From assembly GCA_964596525.1 (NCBI GenBank), contig CAZQUL010000001.1:140830-204829 (forward strand): DNA of 64,000 nt, in the 5' to 3' direction. Made by a program: the position numbers and the translations under genes. Each line of letters starts with the position of its first letter. Position 1 is the stretch's first letter. Under the pieces are notes generated by a model. It saw only the letters and a list, made by a program, of their open reading frames with translations, ran no database searches and was not told where the DNA came from. Source of the DNA: an uncultured Gammaproteobacteria bacterium. GTDB taxonomy: Bacteria > Patescibacteriota > Patescibacteriia > Magasanikbacterales > GWA2-37-8. Shown here piece after piece: positions 46,818 to 56,693 of this stretch.

Positions 46818-48176
46818 TTAACGCACGTACCCATACGGGTTAACGCGTACGCCGTTTCTGATGACTTCGAAGTGGAGGTGGATACCGGTGACGCCGCGCA
46901 CGTTACCGGTGTTGCCCATAAGGCCGATGGTCTGGCCGCGTTCTACGTAGTCGCCGACCGCAACAAGTATCACGTCGTTATGACCATACAGCGTCTTAAT
47001 GCCGCCGCCATGGTCGATGATGACATAGCAACCATAACCGCTGTTGAGCGTCTTGCCGCGGTACTGACCGACTGGCGGACAGTTGGCTGTTACGACGCGG
47101 CCGGCGTTTGAGGCGTAGTTAGGCGTATGGAACGGACCGGCGATATCAAGCGCGTGGTGGCGGATACCGTACGACTGCGTAACGGTACGCGCGCCCGAAG
47201 GCCAGACATAACCACTCACGCTCGCGGTTTCACGCGATGGCGGCGGTGTAGCCGTGACACGCGGCGCGCTAGGACGGCTCGGCGTGGTGGGGCGCGTCGG
47301 CGTTACACCGATAGCCGTAGATTTAGCTCCGCCCGGTACCATAATACGTTCGCCGGCGATAAGATTGGAACCATTAGGGTTAAGCTGATTGAAAGAAACA
47401 ATGTCTTTTTCTTCGGCACTGTAGAGGCGGGCGATTTTTGAAATCGTATCGCCGCGCGCGACCGTATGCATCACGCCCGATACCGGCGGGATCTTAAGCG
47501 TATTACCCGGCTGCAAGATACTGCGCGTAGTTAGATTATTTTCCCACAAGATAGTGGCGATGGATACGCCGTAGTCGGCCGCAATGCTATAGAGCGAATC
47601 ACCGGATTCGACGGTATAAAGTTCCACGGTTGAGCGACCCGAAAAGTAGACGCCCGGCATGATAGTCGGCTTAAGTACGGCTAAGCCACCAGCACGTTCA
47701 GCCAAAACATCGTAGCCCGGGGCTTCACGTACAGGGTCAACCACGCTGTCACGCTGGAAAGCGCCGGCCCGCCAGGGAGCGTATTCGGAGAGCGCCGGTT
47801 CATCGCTCGCCACGGCTTCTTCGTAGATTTCGGTCGCTTCGGCGTTTTCGGAAAGAAGCGTGTATAAAAAAGTCTTCTGACCCGGCGAAGCCAAAAGCAG
47901 TTGGCGGCTAAAGGAGGTGTGCGGCAAAGCGATCAAAACCAAGATGCCGAGCATGGCGGTGTGCACTACCGCGCGTTTATACCACCATTCTTTACCCCAC
48001 GAGATGCCGATTTTGCGCAATGCATACCCCACGCGGTAACGGACCGAACCTTGAACGCGCCAGAACCCTACGAACGCGCGACCAGCGCCACTACCAAGCA
48101 GAGCGCCGCATTTCCATACCAGCCGTTTAAGGGCGATGAGGAAGCGCAAAAAAACTAATAAAAAACGGTATTTCAT
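46818..48176 (-). CDS. LysM + M23 peptidase
   Basis: Two LysM domains; HHALDI, GYG..IIDHG..TLYGH, HLHFEV. Confidence 0.93.
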   Translation of the reverse strand: MKYRFLLVFLRFLIALKRLVWKCGALLGSGAGRAFVGFWRVQGSVRYRVGYALRKIGISWGKEWWYKRAVVHTAMLGILVLIALPHTSFSRQLLLASPGQKTFLYTLLSENAEATEIYEEAVASDEPALSEYAPWRAGAFQRDSVVDPVREAPGYDVLAERAGGLAVLKPTIMPGVYFSGRSTVELYTVESGDSLYSIAADYGVSIATILWENNLTTRSILQPGNTLKIPPVSGVMHTVARGDTISKIARLYSAEEKDIVSFNQLNPNGSNLIAGERIMVPGGAKSTAIGVTPTRPTTPSRPSAPRVTATPPPSRETASVSGYVWPSGARTVTQSYGIRHHALDIAGPFHTPNYASNAGRVVTANCPPVGQYRGKTLNSGYGCYVIIDHGGGIKTLYGHNDVILVAVGDYVERGQTIGLMGNTGNVRGVTGIHLHFEVIRNGVRVNPYGYVR

Positions 48177-48299
48177 AGGTATTGGTGATAGTACCATCGC
48201 GCCGCTGTTTTGTCGACCATAATCCCTCTTTTGAGCCAAAAAATGGCTTTCTCGTGGGACGTATAAAATTAAAGGAGCCTATCCGTGATAGGCTCCAAG

Positions 48300-49013
48300 C
48301 TAGATCCACCAGCTCAGCGTTTCAGAGAGCGTGGCCTCAAAAAACCCGGTGAGAAGGCGCGTCGCTGCAAGGTCAGGCCCCTCCGTGCCCACTTCGAAAT
48401 AGGGCGACCTTCCGTGCTCGATGTTCGCCTTGAGGCGAAATTTCTGGATGTGCTCGGGCGCGCGAGGCAAAAGCTCAAGCAGATCCAGGATCTCGTAGTG
48501 ATAAAACCCGTACGGTATCACGAGCTCGAGACGCCGCTTGCGCTCGAGCGTCAGCATGATGCCACGAACGAAATCCGCTCTCTCGAGCTCGGTCTGGCGC
48601 CGCCAGAAGCGCTCGGCCGGGTTGAAAAAGCGCCCGGAGAGAAACTTCTGCACCGCGGCGGCCGCGGCGAAGAGCACAGCCTCATCGTAATCGCTCTGGG
48701 CCCGCGCGAGCGCCTGGTCGATGAAGCGGTTCACCACGGCGGTACAGCGGTCACAGGCGCCTTTGGATGATGTCACTACTGCCCACGGCAGATCATCACC
48801 CTCTAGAAAGTCGACGACCATGGCACCGGAGGGGCGTGACGTGTCAGCGAGCGGCTCAAACGGCAAGGTGAGTTCGGTGCAATTCGGCCATGAGTCGGAA
48901 ATCTGAGGAATCACCTGAAGGGAGCCGTTAAACGAAACGTTTTCTTGCACTGCAAAACGCCCGCACGCATTCTTGAGCGCCGCAGCCACCACCAAACCGT
49001 TGATCGCCACCAT
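48300..49013 (-). CDS. hypothetical protein
   Basis: aaggagg RBS before ATG 49013; promoter TTGACA-17-TAAGAT at ~49093-49121 (minus). Confidence 0.65.
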   Translation of the reverse strand: MVAINGLVVAAALKNACGRFAVQENVSFNGSLQVIPQISDSWPNCTELTLPFEPLADTSRPSGAMVVDFLEGDDLPWAVVTSSKGACDRCTAVVNRFIDQALARAQSDYDEAVLFAAAAAVQKFLSGRFFNPAERFWRRQTELERADFVRGIMLTLERKRRLELVIPYGFYHYEILDLLELLPRAPEHIQKFRLKANIEHGRSPYFEVGTEGPDLAATRLLTGFFEATLSETLSWWI

Positions 49014-49549
49014 CCTTGCCTCCTTAAGGTAAGGGTAAGAAAAAAAAGAACGAGGGGCAAGGTCCCCTCTTATTCCTTTAGATTGTGCAAAAATCTTACA
49101 TGAATTTTCATTTTTTGTCAAGGTTGTATAAAAGCAAAAGAGGCTTCCCGAACGGGTTGCCTCTAGGCTTGGGCAGACCCACAACCGCTCCTCACTGCGA
49201 CGGAGATTTCTTCCGAGGCGGCGCATACGCGGCGGCGGACGGCCGATGAAGTACAGAACGACGAACACCACGACAAGCATGAGAGCCACATAATAGTTCA
49301 TGGCTCACCTCCTTAGCCGGAACGTACGGTGATTCGAGAGATTTGACAAGGTTCGGGTGGATAAGTGAAGAAAATTTCGGTTAGCAGTTCACGGAGCTCG
49401 AAAAAAAGGCTGCAACGAAAAAACAATGCATTAATCACACTACACTTGTACTGACTTGCTCTAGTAGTTGTTAGCCAACCACACACCAATCTTTACCTAA
49501 GCGCGCGTTTGTGGGCACAATAGAAGACTTTGGTTTTCTTTCTTGCTTT

Positions 49550-51064
49550 ATGTTTTTCTCATTGCGCGCTGGTGCGGTCATCGGGCTTGAATGCACAGCA
49601 GTCGATGTGGAAGTGGATCTCAACAAAGGTCAGACTTCATTTGCGATTGTTGGGCTTGGCGACACGGCCATTAAAGAAGCTAAGGATCGCATTTTTTCCG
49701 CGTTCAAAAACTCGCAATTTTCGTACCCGTTTAATTTCCGCATCGTCATTAATTTAGCGCCGGCGGATTTGGCCAAAGAAGGTCCGGCGTATGATCTGCC
49801 AATGGCGATCGGGCTTATTGCTTTATCGCACAGTTTGAACCTGGCAGTGGATGACGCGCTTATCGTCGGTGAACTTGGGCTTGATGGCAGCGTGCGGCAT
49901 GTCACGGGCATTTTACCGCTCACGCTTTTTGCCAAAGAGCGCGGGCTTAAACGAGTGTTTGTGCCCGCACCCGACGCGCGCGAAGCCGCACTGGTATCGG
50001 GCATTGACGTGTACCCGGTAAAAACGCTCCGTGAACTCGTGGATCATTTAACAGACACTTTGTCTATCGCACCGTTCCAAACCGCGCAAGGATCTGACGA
50101 CGCCGAGGCGGTTTCATACGAGTATGACATGGCGCAGGTGAAAGGACAGGAGTTCGCCAAGCGCGCGCTCGAGATCGCGGCGAGCGGCAACCACAACATT
50201 ATGATGAGCGGGCCGCCCGGGTCGGGCAAGACACTCTTAGCCCGGACTCTTCCGTCGCTCCTACCACCCCTCACCGAAACCGAAGCGCTCGAAGTCACCA
50301 AAATCTATTCGGTCGCCGGACTCCTCAAACACAATCTCGTGCGCGAACGACCATTTCGTTCACCGCACCACACGGCTTCGGGTGTGGCGCTCGTCGGCGG
50401 CGGGCGCGTGCCGCGGCCCGGTGAAATATCACTCGCACATCGCGGCATTTTGTTCCTCGACGAATTTCCGGAGTTCCCGCGGACCGTCATAGAAAACCTA
50501 CGCCAGCCGCTCGAGGATGGCATCGTCACTATTTCGCGCGCCGAAGGGACACTGTCGTTCCCGGCCCGGTTCATTCTGGTTGCGAGCCTCAATCCCTGCC
50601 CGTGCGGTTTCGCGAGCGATCCGGAGCGCGCCTGTACCTGCTCTCCTATACAAAAACTGCGCTACCAGAAAAAACTCTCCGGACCCCTGCTCGATCGCAT
50701 TGATTTGCATGTTGAGGTGCCGCGCGTACAATTCGACAAACTGACCGCGGAAACGAACGCGGAAACATCCGGGGTGATCCGTGAGCGGGTGCTTGCTGCG
50801 CGCGAGCGTCAAGCACGCCGCTTCAAGGGCACGCGCCTTCTCACCAATAGCGAGATGGGCAACCGCGAAATCAAAGAATACTGCAAACTGGACGAAGAAA
50901 GCATGGCACTTCTACGCACAGCCACGACGCAGCTGCATTTATCGGCACGCGTGTACCACCGCTTGCTCAAAGTGGCACGCACCATCGCGGATCTCGCAGG
51001 GAGTGACCGTATCGCCCTTCCTCATGTGGCTGAGGCGCTGCAACTGCGATCCAGGCAGGAATAA
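49550..51064 (+). CDS. comM: YifB/ComM Mg-chelatase-like AAA+ helicase
   Basis: INLAPADL.KEG..YDLP, GPPGSGKT, RPFRSPHHT, PGEISLAHRG, NPCPCG. Confidence 0.95.
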   Translation: MFFSLRAGAVIGLECTAVDVEVDLNKGQTSFAIVGLGDTAIKEAKDRIFSAFKNSQFSYPFNFRIVINLAPADLAKEGPAYDLPMAIGLIALSHSLNLAVDDALIVGELGLDGSVRHVTGILPLTLFAKERGLKRVFVPAPDAREAALVSGIDVYPVKTLRELVDHLTDTLSIAPFQTAQGSDDAEAVSYEYDMAQVKGQEFAKRALEIAASGNHNIMMSGPPGSGKTLLARTLPSLLPPLTETEALEVTKIYSVAGLLKHNLVRERPFRSPHHTASGVALVGGGRVPRPGEISLAHRGILFLDEFPEFPRTVIENLRQPLEDGIVTISRAEGTLSFPARFILVASLNPCPCGFASDPERACTCSPIQKLRYQKKLSGPLLDRIDLHVEVPRVQFDKLTAETNAETSGVIRERVLAARERQARRFKGTRLLTNSEMGNREIKEYCKLDEESMALLRTATTQLHLSARVYHRLLKVARTIADLAGSDRIALPHVAEALQLRSRQE

Positions 51065-51126
51065 CGCTTGATCATTGTCCGCTGCCAAAGATGCGTAGTA
51101 TACTAAAGGTACCCATCATTATTCAT

Positions 51127-51678
51127 ATGCTCTTTCGCGATCCGCTCAATTCATTACTTACGCAACTCGTTCTCCCTGATACGTTCGCCGCGTTCGTATT
51201 GTTTTATATCATGCCTCTTATCGTTTCGGTTATTGTCGGCGGGCTCTTGGGCTGGCAGCGCGGCATGCAAGGCAAGGCTGCCGGGCTACGCACATACACG
51301 CTCGTCACGGTGGGTGCCACCCTTTTTACTCTAGCTGGCGAAGCGTTTCTTCCCACGCCAGGTGCCGAAGCCGAACAAGCCCGCATCATCGCTCAGATCG
51401 TCACCGGTATCGGGTTTATCGGCGCTGGTCTTATCTTCCGCCACGGTACGAACGGCGAACAGGTAGAAGGCGTAACAACTGCGGCTGGCCTCTGGGTAAC
51501 GGCTGCACTTGGCGTCTTGGCCGGACTCCGCCTCTATACGTTTGCATTCATTGCTACTTTTATCATTTTAGGAATTTTATTTTTCCCAGATCGCTGGCTC
51601 CTGGGCTCGCATGCCCTGCCCGAATCGGAGCCACCGCGCACAACAAAAAAGCGCTCAACTAAAAACACCTCTAGATAA
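51127..51678 (+). CDS. MgtC/SapB family membrane protein
   Basis: AGLRTY, RIIAQIVTGIGFIGAG, GVTTAAGLW. Confidence 0.92.
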   Translation: MLFRDPLNSLLTQLVLPDTFAAFVLFYIMPLIVSVIVGGLLGWQRGMQGKAAGLRTYTLVTVGATLFTLAGEAFLPTPGAEAEQARIIAQIVTGIGFIGAGLIFRHGTNGEQVEGVTTAAGLWVTAALGVLAGLRLYTFAFIATFIILGILFFPDRWLLGSHALPESEPPRTTKKRSTKNTSR

Positions 51679-52177
51679 GAGGTGTTTTTAGATACCAGGC
51701 GCCGAGCACGGTAATGGCAATACCGTAGAGTAGCGACGGCAGCGGGCGAGCGAAGAGTGAAATGAGCCACGCCACCGCAACGAGCGGCCAGGTGATAACC
51801 ATGAGCCAGTTGCGCCGCACGTACTGTTTCCAGAGCGCGCCGAGCGTACGCACATCGCCATCTGAGGGTGGAGCTGAGCGAGCGATACTCACAGCAAGCC
51901 ACAGTGCCAAGAGAGTGTAGCCGCTCAACGCACGCGACGTGACAAACGAAGCAAGGAAGAGCCCGACAACCGTATTGCCAAGAAGCGGCCCGAGAGAAAT
52001 AAAAAGGCTCGCCGAAAACGTTTCCGGTTCGGCATGTTCTACAAAACCAGGCGGATCGCGGAAGCGCAGCGGTACGAAACGATAAATCTTGACTCCAAGC
52101 ATTACGCACCACAGAGCGTGGTTGAGTTCATGCACGATTACGCCCGGCGCGGAAAAAATAATAGAGAGAAAACGCAT
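51671..52177 (-). CDS. membrane zincin-like metalloprotease (DUF3267/M50-like)
   Basis: PGVIVHELNHAL, GFVEH, ISLGPL, PSDGD. Confidence 0.75.
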   Translation of the reverse strand: MRFLSIIFSAPGVIVHELNHALWCVMLGVKIYRFVPLRFRDPPGFVEHAEPETFSASLFISLGPLLGNTVVGLFLASFVTSRALSGYTLLALWLAVSIARSAPPSDGDVRTLGALWKQYVRRNWLMVITWPLVAVAWLISLFARPLPSLLYGIAITVLGAWYLKTPLI

Positions 52178-52185
52178 GGGAAAAA

Positions 52186-53511
52186 TTAGGCGGTTTCGAG
52201 ATCGGCGGCAAAAACCAGCGCGAGCGTGATCCACCACAGAAATGCCAAATCATTTTTAAAATACGGTACATCCACCAAACCGTGCATAACGAATGCGGCA
52301 ACTACTGCTACAGCGCCAAGCGCGGGCCATGATGCGCGAGTCAGTACTTGACGCATAGCCAAAACAACCGCGTACCCAAGTAAGGCAAACATTGCCAACA
52401 TACCCAAAAGCCCCGTTTCGGTCCAAAAATTGAGTACGATGTTGTGCGGATAGATGAGGCGTTCGAGCGCTTTCACGTCATAATGCGGTTTCTGCACTTT
52501 GCGAAAAAACTGGCGGAAACCAGGCCCGAAAACGAAGTTTTGTGGCGATGCGGTAAGATAGGACGTAGTGTAACTCCACAGCGTAAAACGGTTTTTACCG
52601 GCTTGGTCGCGAAAAAGCACCTGCTCGCGCACCGGGGCAACGAAGGCGATGGCCGCCACTACCCCAACGACACCAAGTAGAACAAGTTTGTACCATCGCA
52701 GGCCGACAGCGATTACCAAAAGTCCAGCACCCAAAGCCGCGACACCACCCGCTGATTTAGTAGCCGCAAGACATACGAGCGAAAGAAGAAGCGTAACGAC
52801 CGCAAGAATGACTGGGAGCGACATTCTTTTAAGAATTTCACGCCGGGACGCAAGCGCGATCGTGCGTACTGCGGACCACTCTTCACCAAGGTACGTAACG
52901 ATGAACAGCATAATCGGTACCATAAAGAGCGCCACCGCGTTCGGCGAGGTGTAAAACAACGTTACGCGCCGCGTGGCAGCTGCCATCCATTCGGGCGTCG
53001 CGATACCCCAGCCGGTAAGCGCTTGTGCAATGCCGTAGAGGGCCATGACGAGAACTGTCGCGCCCAGCGCGTAAAAAACATGGGTACGCACCACGAATGC
53101 GTTCTCAACGCTGGACGGACTGATGGAACGCACCCGAGCGATACAGATGATGGCGAAGATGAGCGGTTCAAGCACGTACGCACGCCACTGCCCAAACGAG
53201 AGAATCACCATGTCACTCACCGCGATGCTAGCAACAGACGAAGCAAGAAATACGAACGGTAGAATTGCCGCGAACGGCCGACGTTTGGCAAATGCTCTAA
53301 GAACCGGCAGGTCGCTTTTGGCATACCGCAGAAGCCATACACCCACTACCGCAGCCCACGTAATTTCGAGCAGCGTAGTCGGCAAGGGTCCGATATGAAA
53401 ACGAATCAGATAGCTTGGCAACGTAAACGCTAACCACAGTACAGCATAGCGCCAACGAAACCAGGCGACACCGGCGATGAGAGCTGCGTAGATAAGGGCA
53501 AAAATAGGCAT
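52186..53511 (-). CDS. O-antigen ligase family (Wzy_C) membrane protein
   Basis: Multi-TM; SPNA, TKS.GG, YPHNIVLNFWTETGLLG, HGLVDVPYFKNDL. Confidence 0.9.
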   Translation of the reverse strand: MPIFALIYAALIAGVAWFRWRYAVLWLAFTLPSYLIRFHIGPLPTTLLEITWAAVVGVWLLRYAKSDLPVLRAFAKRRPFAAILPFVFLASSVASIAVSDMVILSFGQWRAYVLEPLIFAIICIARVRSISPSSVENAFVVRTHVFYALGATVLVMALYGIAQALTGWGIATPEWMAAATRRVTLFYTSPNAVALFMVPIMLFIVTYLGEEWSAVRTIALASRREILKRMSLPVILAVVTLLLSLVCLAATKSAGGVAALGAGLLVIAVGLRWYKLVLLGVVGVVAAIAFVAPVREQVLFRDQAGKNRFTLWSYTTSYLTASPQNFVFGPGFRQFFRKVQKPHYDVKALERLIYPHNIVLNFWTETGLLGMLAMFALLGYAVVLAMRQVLTRASWPALGAVAVVAAFVMHGLVDVPYFKNDLAFLWWITLALVFAADLETA

Positions 53512-53520
53512 AGTAGTAGT

Positions 53521-53625
53521 GTCATTGCGAGGAGCGAGTTAGACGAGCGACGAAGCAATCCCCTTGATAGAAGGGTGAGCACTGAATTACCGAGGGATTG
53601 CTTCGTCGTTCCTCCTCGCAATGAC
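53521..53625. repeat. palindromic MITE/REP-like element, copy 2 (no insert)
   Basis: gtcattgcgaggag..cgacgaagcaatccc....gggattgcttcgtcg..ctcctcgcaatgac. Confidence 0.85.
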
Positions 53626-53639
53626 GGTGTTTTTTTAAA

Positions 53640-54392
53640 TCATTGTATTCTACTGACGCTCCACAAAATATCAAACCACTGGCGGAGCATGAGCGTCAAG
53701 GACGGGCTCGTTATCACAACCCCAATCCCCTCTTCTTTGCGGCTAAAGAATGCGACGGATTGGTCCCAAATAAAGAGCGATGTCACGAATGTACAACTCG
53801 GCGGCAAAAACCGCACCTCACGGCGTTCGAGTCGGTTGCGTTCTTTGGTGTAATTTTTGATTTCTTCGCTCGCGACACGCAGGCTCTTGAGAGCCAATCC
53901 TTTGGCCACACGACGACGATTAAAGTGCATTTTCTCGCCCAAAACACGCTGCAAATCGCGCGGTGAAACAATTTCATAGATAATCCGATCTTTAGCTTCA
54001 AGGATTTCGTAGAAAACGGTGCGCACGTGTTCACGGTACAATACGCGCACGCCGATGCGCGCAGAGGGCTCTTCGCGAATTTCTTTAAGAAACGGCATGA
54101 TTCCGGCCAGCTCCTCGAGTAAGCGCTCGGTTTGTTTTTTGAGTGTCTCGGGCGGCAACGCGGCGTAGTGATGCCGCGAACCGCGTTTAGTGGCGACCAC
54201 GATCCCCTTTTCCATAAGGCGTTTGATGATGGACTGCACTGTCGAGACTGGCACATCGAGACGCGTCGCGAGCGGCGAGAGCGTAAGGGGCGATTCAGCG
54301 ATAAGCGCCAAGTACACCGATTGTTCGGGCACGCTTAAACCGTAACGGGCAAGCACTTCGGAGATTTCTTGTTTAGCATCAGCATCAATCAT
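53640..54392 (-). CDS. TrmB-family transcriptional regulator
   Basis: YGLS..EQSVYLAL wHTH, YAALPP, C-terminal VRFLP..WD..VAFFS. Confidence 0.88.
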   Translation of the reverse strand: MIDADAKQEISEVLARYGLSVPEQSVYLALIAESPLTLSPLATRLDVPVSTVQSIIKRLMEKGIVVATKRGSRHHYAALPPETLKKQTERLLEELAGIMPFLKEIREEPSARIGVRVLYREHVRTVFYEILEAKDRIIYEIVSPRDLQRVLGEKMHFNRRRVAKGLALKSLRVASEEIKNYTKERNRLERREVRFLPPSCTFVTSLFIWDQSVAFFSRKEEGIGVVITSPSLTLMLRQWFDILWSVSRIQ

Positions 54393-54399
54393 ACTACTT

Positions 54400-54448
54400 A
54401 TTTACGATATTTTTCGTAAATTATATATGGTTTATTTTACCATATATA
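54400..54448. promoter_or_regulatory. two adjacent perfect palindromes, candidate operators
   Basis: atttacga-N6-tcgtaaat (54400-21) and tatatatggt-N7-accatatata (54422-48). Confidence 0.5.
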
Positions 54449-54540
54449 TAACATTTTTCAACATATCCACGTTTTTTACTTTAAAAAGTATGTAATAAAT
54501 ATGCAGCAGCGCGTACGATGTGGACGAAGGGAGGAAGCGA

Positions 54541-54999
54541 ATGCACACGAAACCCCGCCGTTCATTACAATTACTTGTCACGGATGTGGTGGTGCTCAGC
54601 GGTCCGTATGCAGACCCGAACATCACGCTCATCAGGAGCACCAGACCGTACCTCGCAGGCAAGCTCCTCTTGCCCGGCGGACACGTGGACGAAGGAGAAA
54701 CCACCAAGCGCGCCGCACAGCGGGAAGGCGGCGAAGAGGTGGGTCTCACCATCGAACTCGACGAACTCGAGCTCTTTACTGTGCTCGATGCGCCGGGACG
54801 CGACGTGCGCGACGGCGTGGATCGGGTGTCGGTCGTATACCTAGTCGACCGGCGCGGACACGACGTAGCACCACAAGCCGGCGACGATGCGGCCGCGGTG
54901 GAAACACTGCCGCTGCGCACCGTTTCGGCTGTGGATATGGGTTATGACCACGGGACAGTTGTCGAAATGCTCAAAACCAGCTATGGTGGTGGCGGATAA
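54541..54999 (+). CDS. NUDIX hydrolase (ADP-ribose pyrophosphatase-like)
   Basis: PGGHVDEGETTKRAAQREGGEEVGL Nudix box; PGRD; AGDDA. Confidence 0.88.
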   Translation: MHTKPRRSLQLLVTDVVVLSGPYADPNITLIRSTRPYLAGKLLLPGGHVDEGETTKRAAQREGGEEVGLTIELDELELFTVLDAPGRDVRDGVDRVSVVYLVDRRGHDVAPQAGDDAAAVETLPLRTVSAVDMGYDHGTVVEMLKTSYGGGG

Positions 55000-55016
55000 A
55001 CCACTGGGGGTACATC

Positions 55017-56084
55017 ATGGAAACCAACGCGTCTGACGAGAAGAAACTGCTCATCATCCCTTTGCCGGAGATGACGGAGATGGCCAAAAGAATTCTATCC
55101 GAACTCGAAAGAATGGGAGACCATCGTTTCCGCATCGTCGATCTCGACTGCACTTCGTATGCCGACGGATCGCTCGAAGTGGAGCTCAAAGACTCGGTCC
55201 GCTTCCGCTATGCATATCTTCTAGCGTCACCTGCACTCGACATCCGTACCGGTAAGCCCAATCCCAACGAGAGCTTGATGCGACTTCTCTTGGCGATCAA
55301 CGCCCTGCAGAACTCCTCCGTCAAAAAGGATGTGATGCTGGTTCTGCCTTATATCCCCTACCAGCGCGCCGATCGTACGGGAGGCAAGCGTAAGGCGACA
55401 GGCATCTCTGTCGTCAAAAAGCTTCTTAAATCCCATTCTTGCGTTGATCGCATCATTACCTGCGAACCGCACTTCTCGCAGCTCGGCACGGTGTTTGACG
55501 GCGAGCTCGATGAGCTCAGCAGCGTAAAGATGTTCGGCGAAATGATCTGCGAACGATGGGGGGAGCACCGCGACAACCTGGTTGTGGTTTCTCCTGACGC
55601 TGGCGGTCTCAGTCGCGCCACCCGCCTCGCCGACTACCTGAGCCGCAAGCTCGGCACGCTCATCGAGGTCATGTTCCTTAACAAGGTCCGCAAAGAGGCC
55701 AACAAAGTCGAGAAGTCCTTCATCCCGCTGAGCGGCAACTATCATGGCAAGAAGGCCGTTCTCATCGACGACATCGGTGACACGATGGGCACAGCCTGCC
55801 AGGGTATGAAAACGCTCACCGAGGCTGGTATGGACGTGCTCGGTATGTTCGTGACGCACGGCGTTTTCAGTTCGCATGAGGGCGTGAGCGCGGCCGATCG
55901 CTGTCGTGCAGCCGGCCTCAGGGTTGTGACCACCAACACCATTCCGCGCTCGGACGAGTATTACACCGCAAACGCGGACTGGATCATCCACGTCGTCGAT
56001 ATCGCGCCGCGCCTCGCCAAGGCCATCCATAACATGGCGACCAGCGCGAGCTTCAGCGCCCTCAATGGGCACGAGGAGAAGTAG
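55017..56084 (+). CDS. prs: ribose-phosphate pyrophosphokinase
   Basis: PYIPYQRADR, VVSPDAGG, IDDIGDTMGT, THGVFS, TNTIP. Confidence 0.88.
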   Translation: METNASDEKKLLIIPLPEMTEMAKRILSELERMGDHRFRIVDLDCTSYADGSLEVELKDSVRFRYAYLLASPALDIRTGKPNPNESLMRLLLAINALQNSSVKKDVMLVLPYIPYQRADRTGGKRKATGISVVKKLLKSHSCVDRIITCEPHFSQLGTVFDGELDELSSVKMFGEMICERWGEHRDNLVVVSPDAGGLSRATRLADYLSRKLGTLIEVMFLNKVRKEANKVEKSFIPLSGNYHGKKAVLIDDIGDTMGTACQGMKTLTEAGMDVLGMFVTHGVFSSHEGVSAADRCRAAGLRVVTTNTIPRSDEYYTANADWIIHVVDIAPRLAKAIHNMATSASFSALNGHEEK

Positions 56085-56087
56085 ACC

Positions 56088-56657
56088 ATGAAGACCGTTG
56101 AAGATACGCTTCAGGAAGCCATTCTCAAGATCCCGCACTTTCCCGATGCGAGCTGCCCGGTGTTCTATCACATCGGACCGATCATCGAGAATCCGGCACT
56201 GTTTGACCTGGCGATCTCGAGCTTGCACGCGGCGATCGATAAGCGACTCATTATCACCCGCGTCGCAGCCATCGAAGCGCGGGCCTGGCTCTTCGTTCGC
56301 GATGTCGCGCGGCCGTACCGCGCAGCGGTGGATCTCATCCGCAAGGTCGGCAAGACGCCGCCGCCGACGATCCGATCCGAAGAACATGCCCGTGAGTATG
56401 GCACCGCGATTCTCGAGATGGCCGCAATGCCGACGGTCGAAACGCGACCGGACGGCGTAACGATCGTTCTCGATGACGTGACCGCGACCGGCGCCACGCA
56501 GATCGCTGCCGCACGTATGGTGCGGAATCGTCGGAACAAAGACGGCAGCACACCGCGCGTCGTGTGCCTCTCCCTCATCGAGCTTACTGCGCTCAAGGGT
56601 CGCGAGCGGCTCGCGGAGATGGGCGTTCCGCTCTTTTCCGTAATCAAGATTCCCTAA
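56088..56657 (+). CDS. apt: adenine phosphoribosyltransferase-like
   Basis: IPHFP, IEARAW, IRKVGK, REYG, LDDVTATGAT, LIELTALKGRE. Confidence 0.85.
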   Translation: MKTVEDTLQEAILKIPHFPDASCPVFYHIGPIIENPALFDLAISSLHAAIDKRLIITRVAAIEARAWLFVRDVARPYRAAVDLIRKVGKTPPPTIRSEEHAREYGTAILEMAAMPTVETRPDGVTIVLDDVTATGATQIAAARMVRNRRNKDGSTPRVVCLSLIELTALKGRERLAEMGVPLFSVIKIP

Positions 56658-56661
56658 AAAC

Positions 56662-56688
56662 AACCCCACGACTTCGGTCGTGGGGATT
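56662..56688. terminator. bidirectional terminator with UUCG loop
   Basis: ccccacgac-ttcg-gtcgtgggg between convergent apt and tgt. Confidence 0.8.
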
Positions 56689-56693
56689 CTGTT

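Noticed and set aside
48300-49301. Single 333-aa protein from the ORF track
   Set aside because: An internal terminator, promoter and strong RBS indicate the main gene starts at 49013.
55227-56669. 480-aa antisense ORF over prs-apt (also 27939-28835, 46031-46834, 59451-60284)
   Set aside because: These are shadow frames of GC-rich genes with clear family motifs on the opposite strand.
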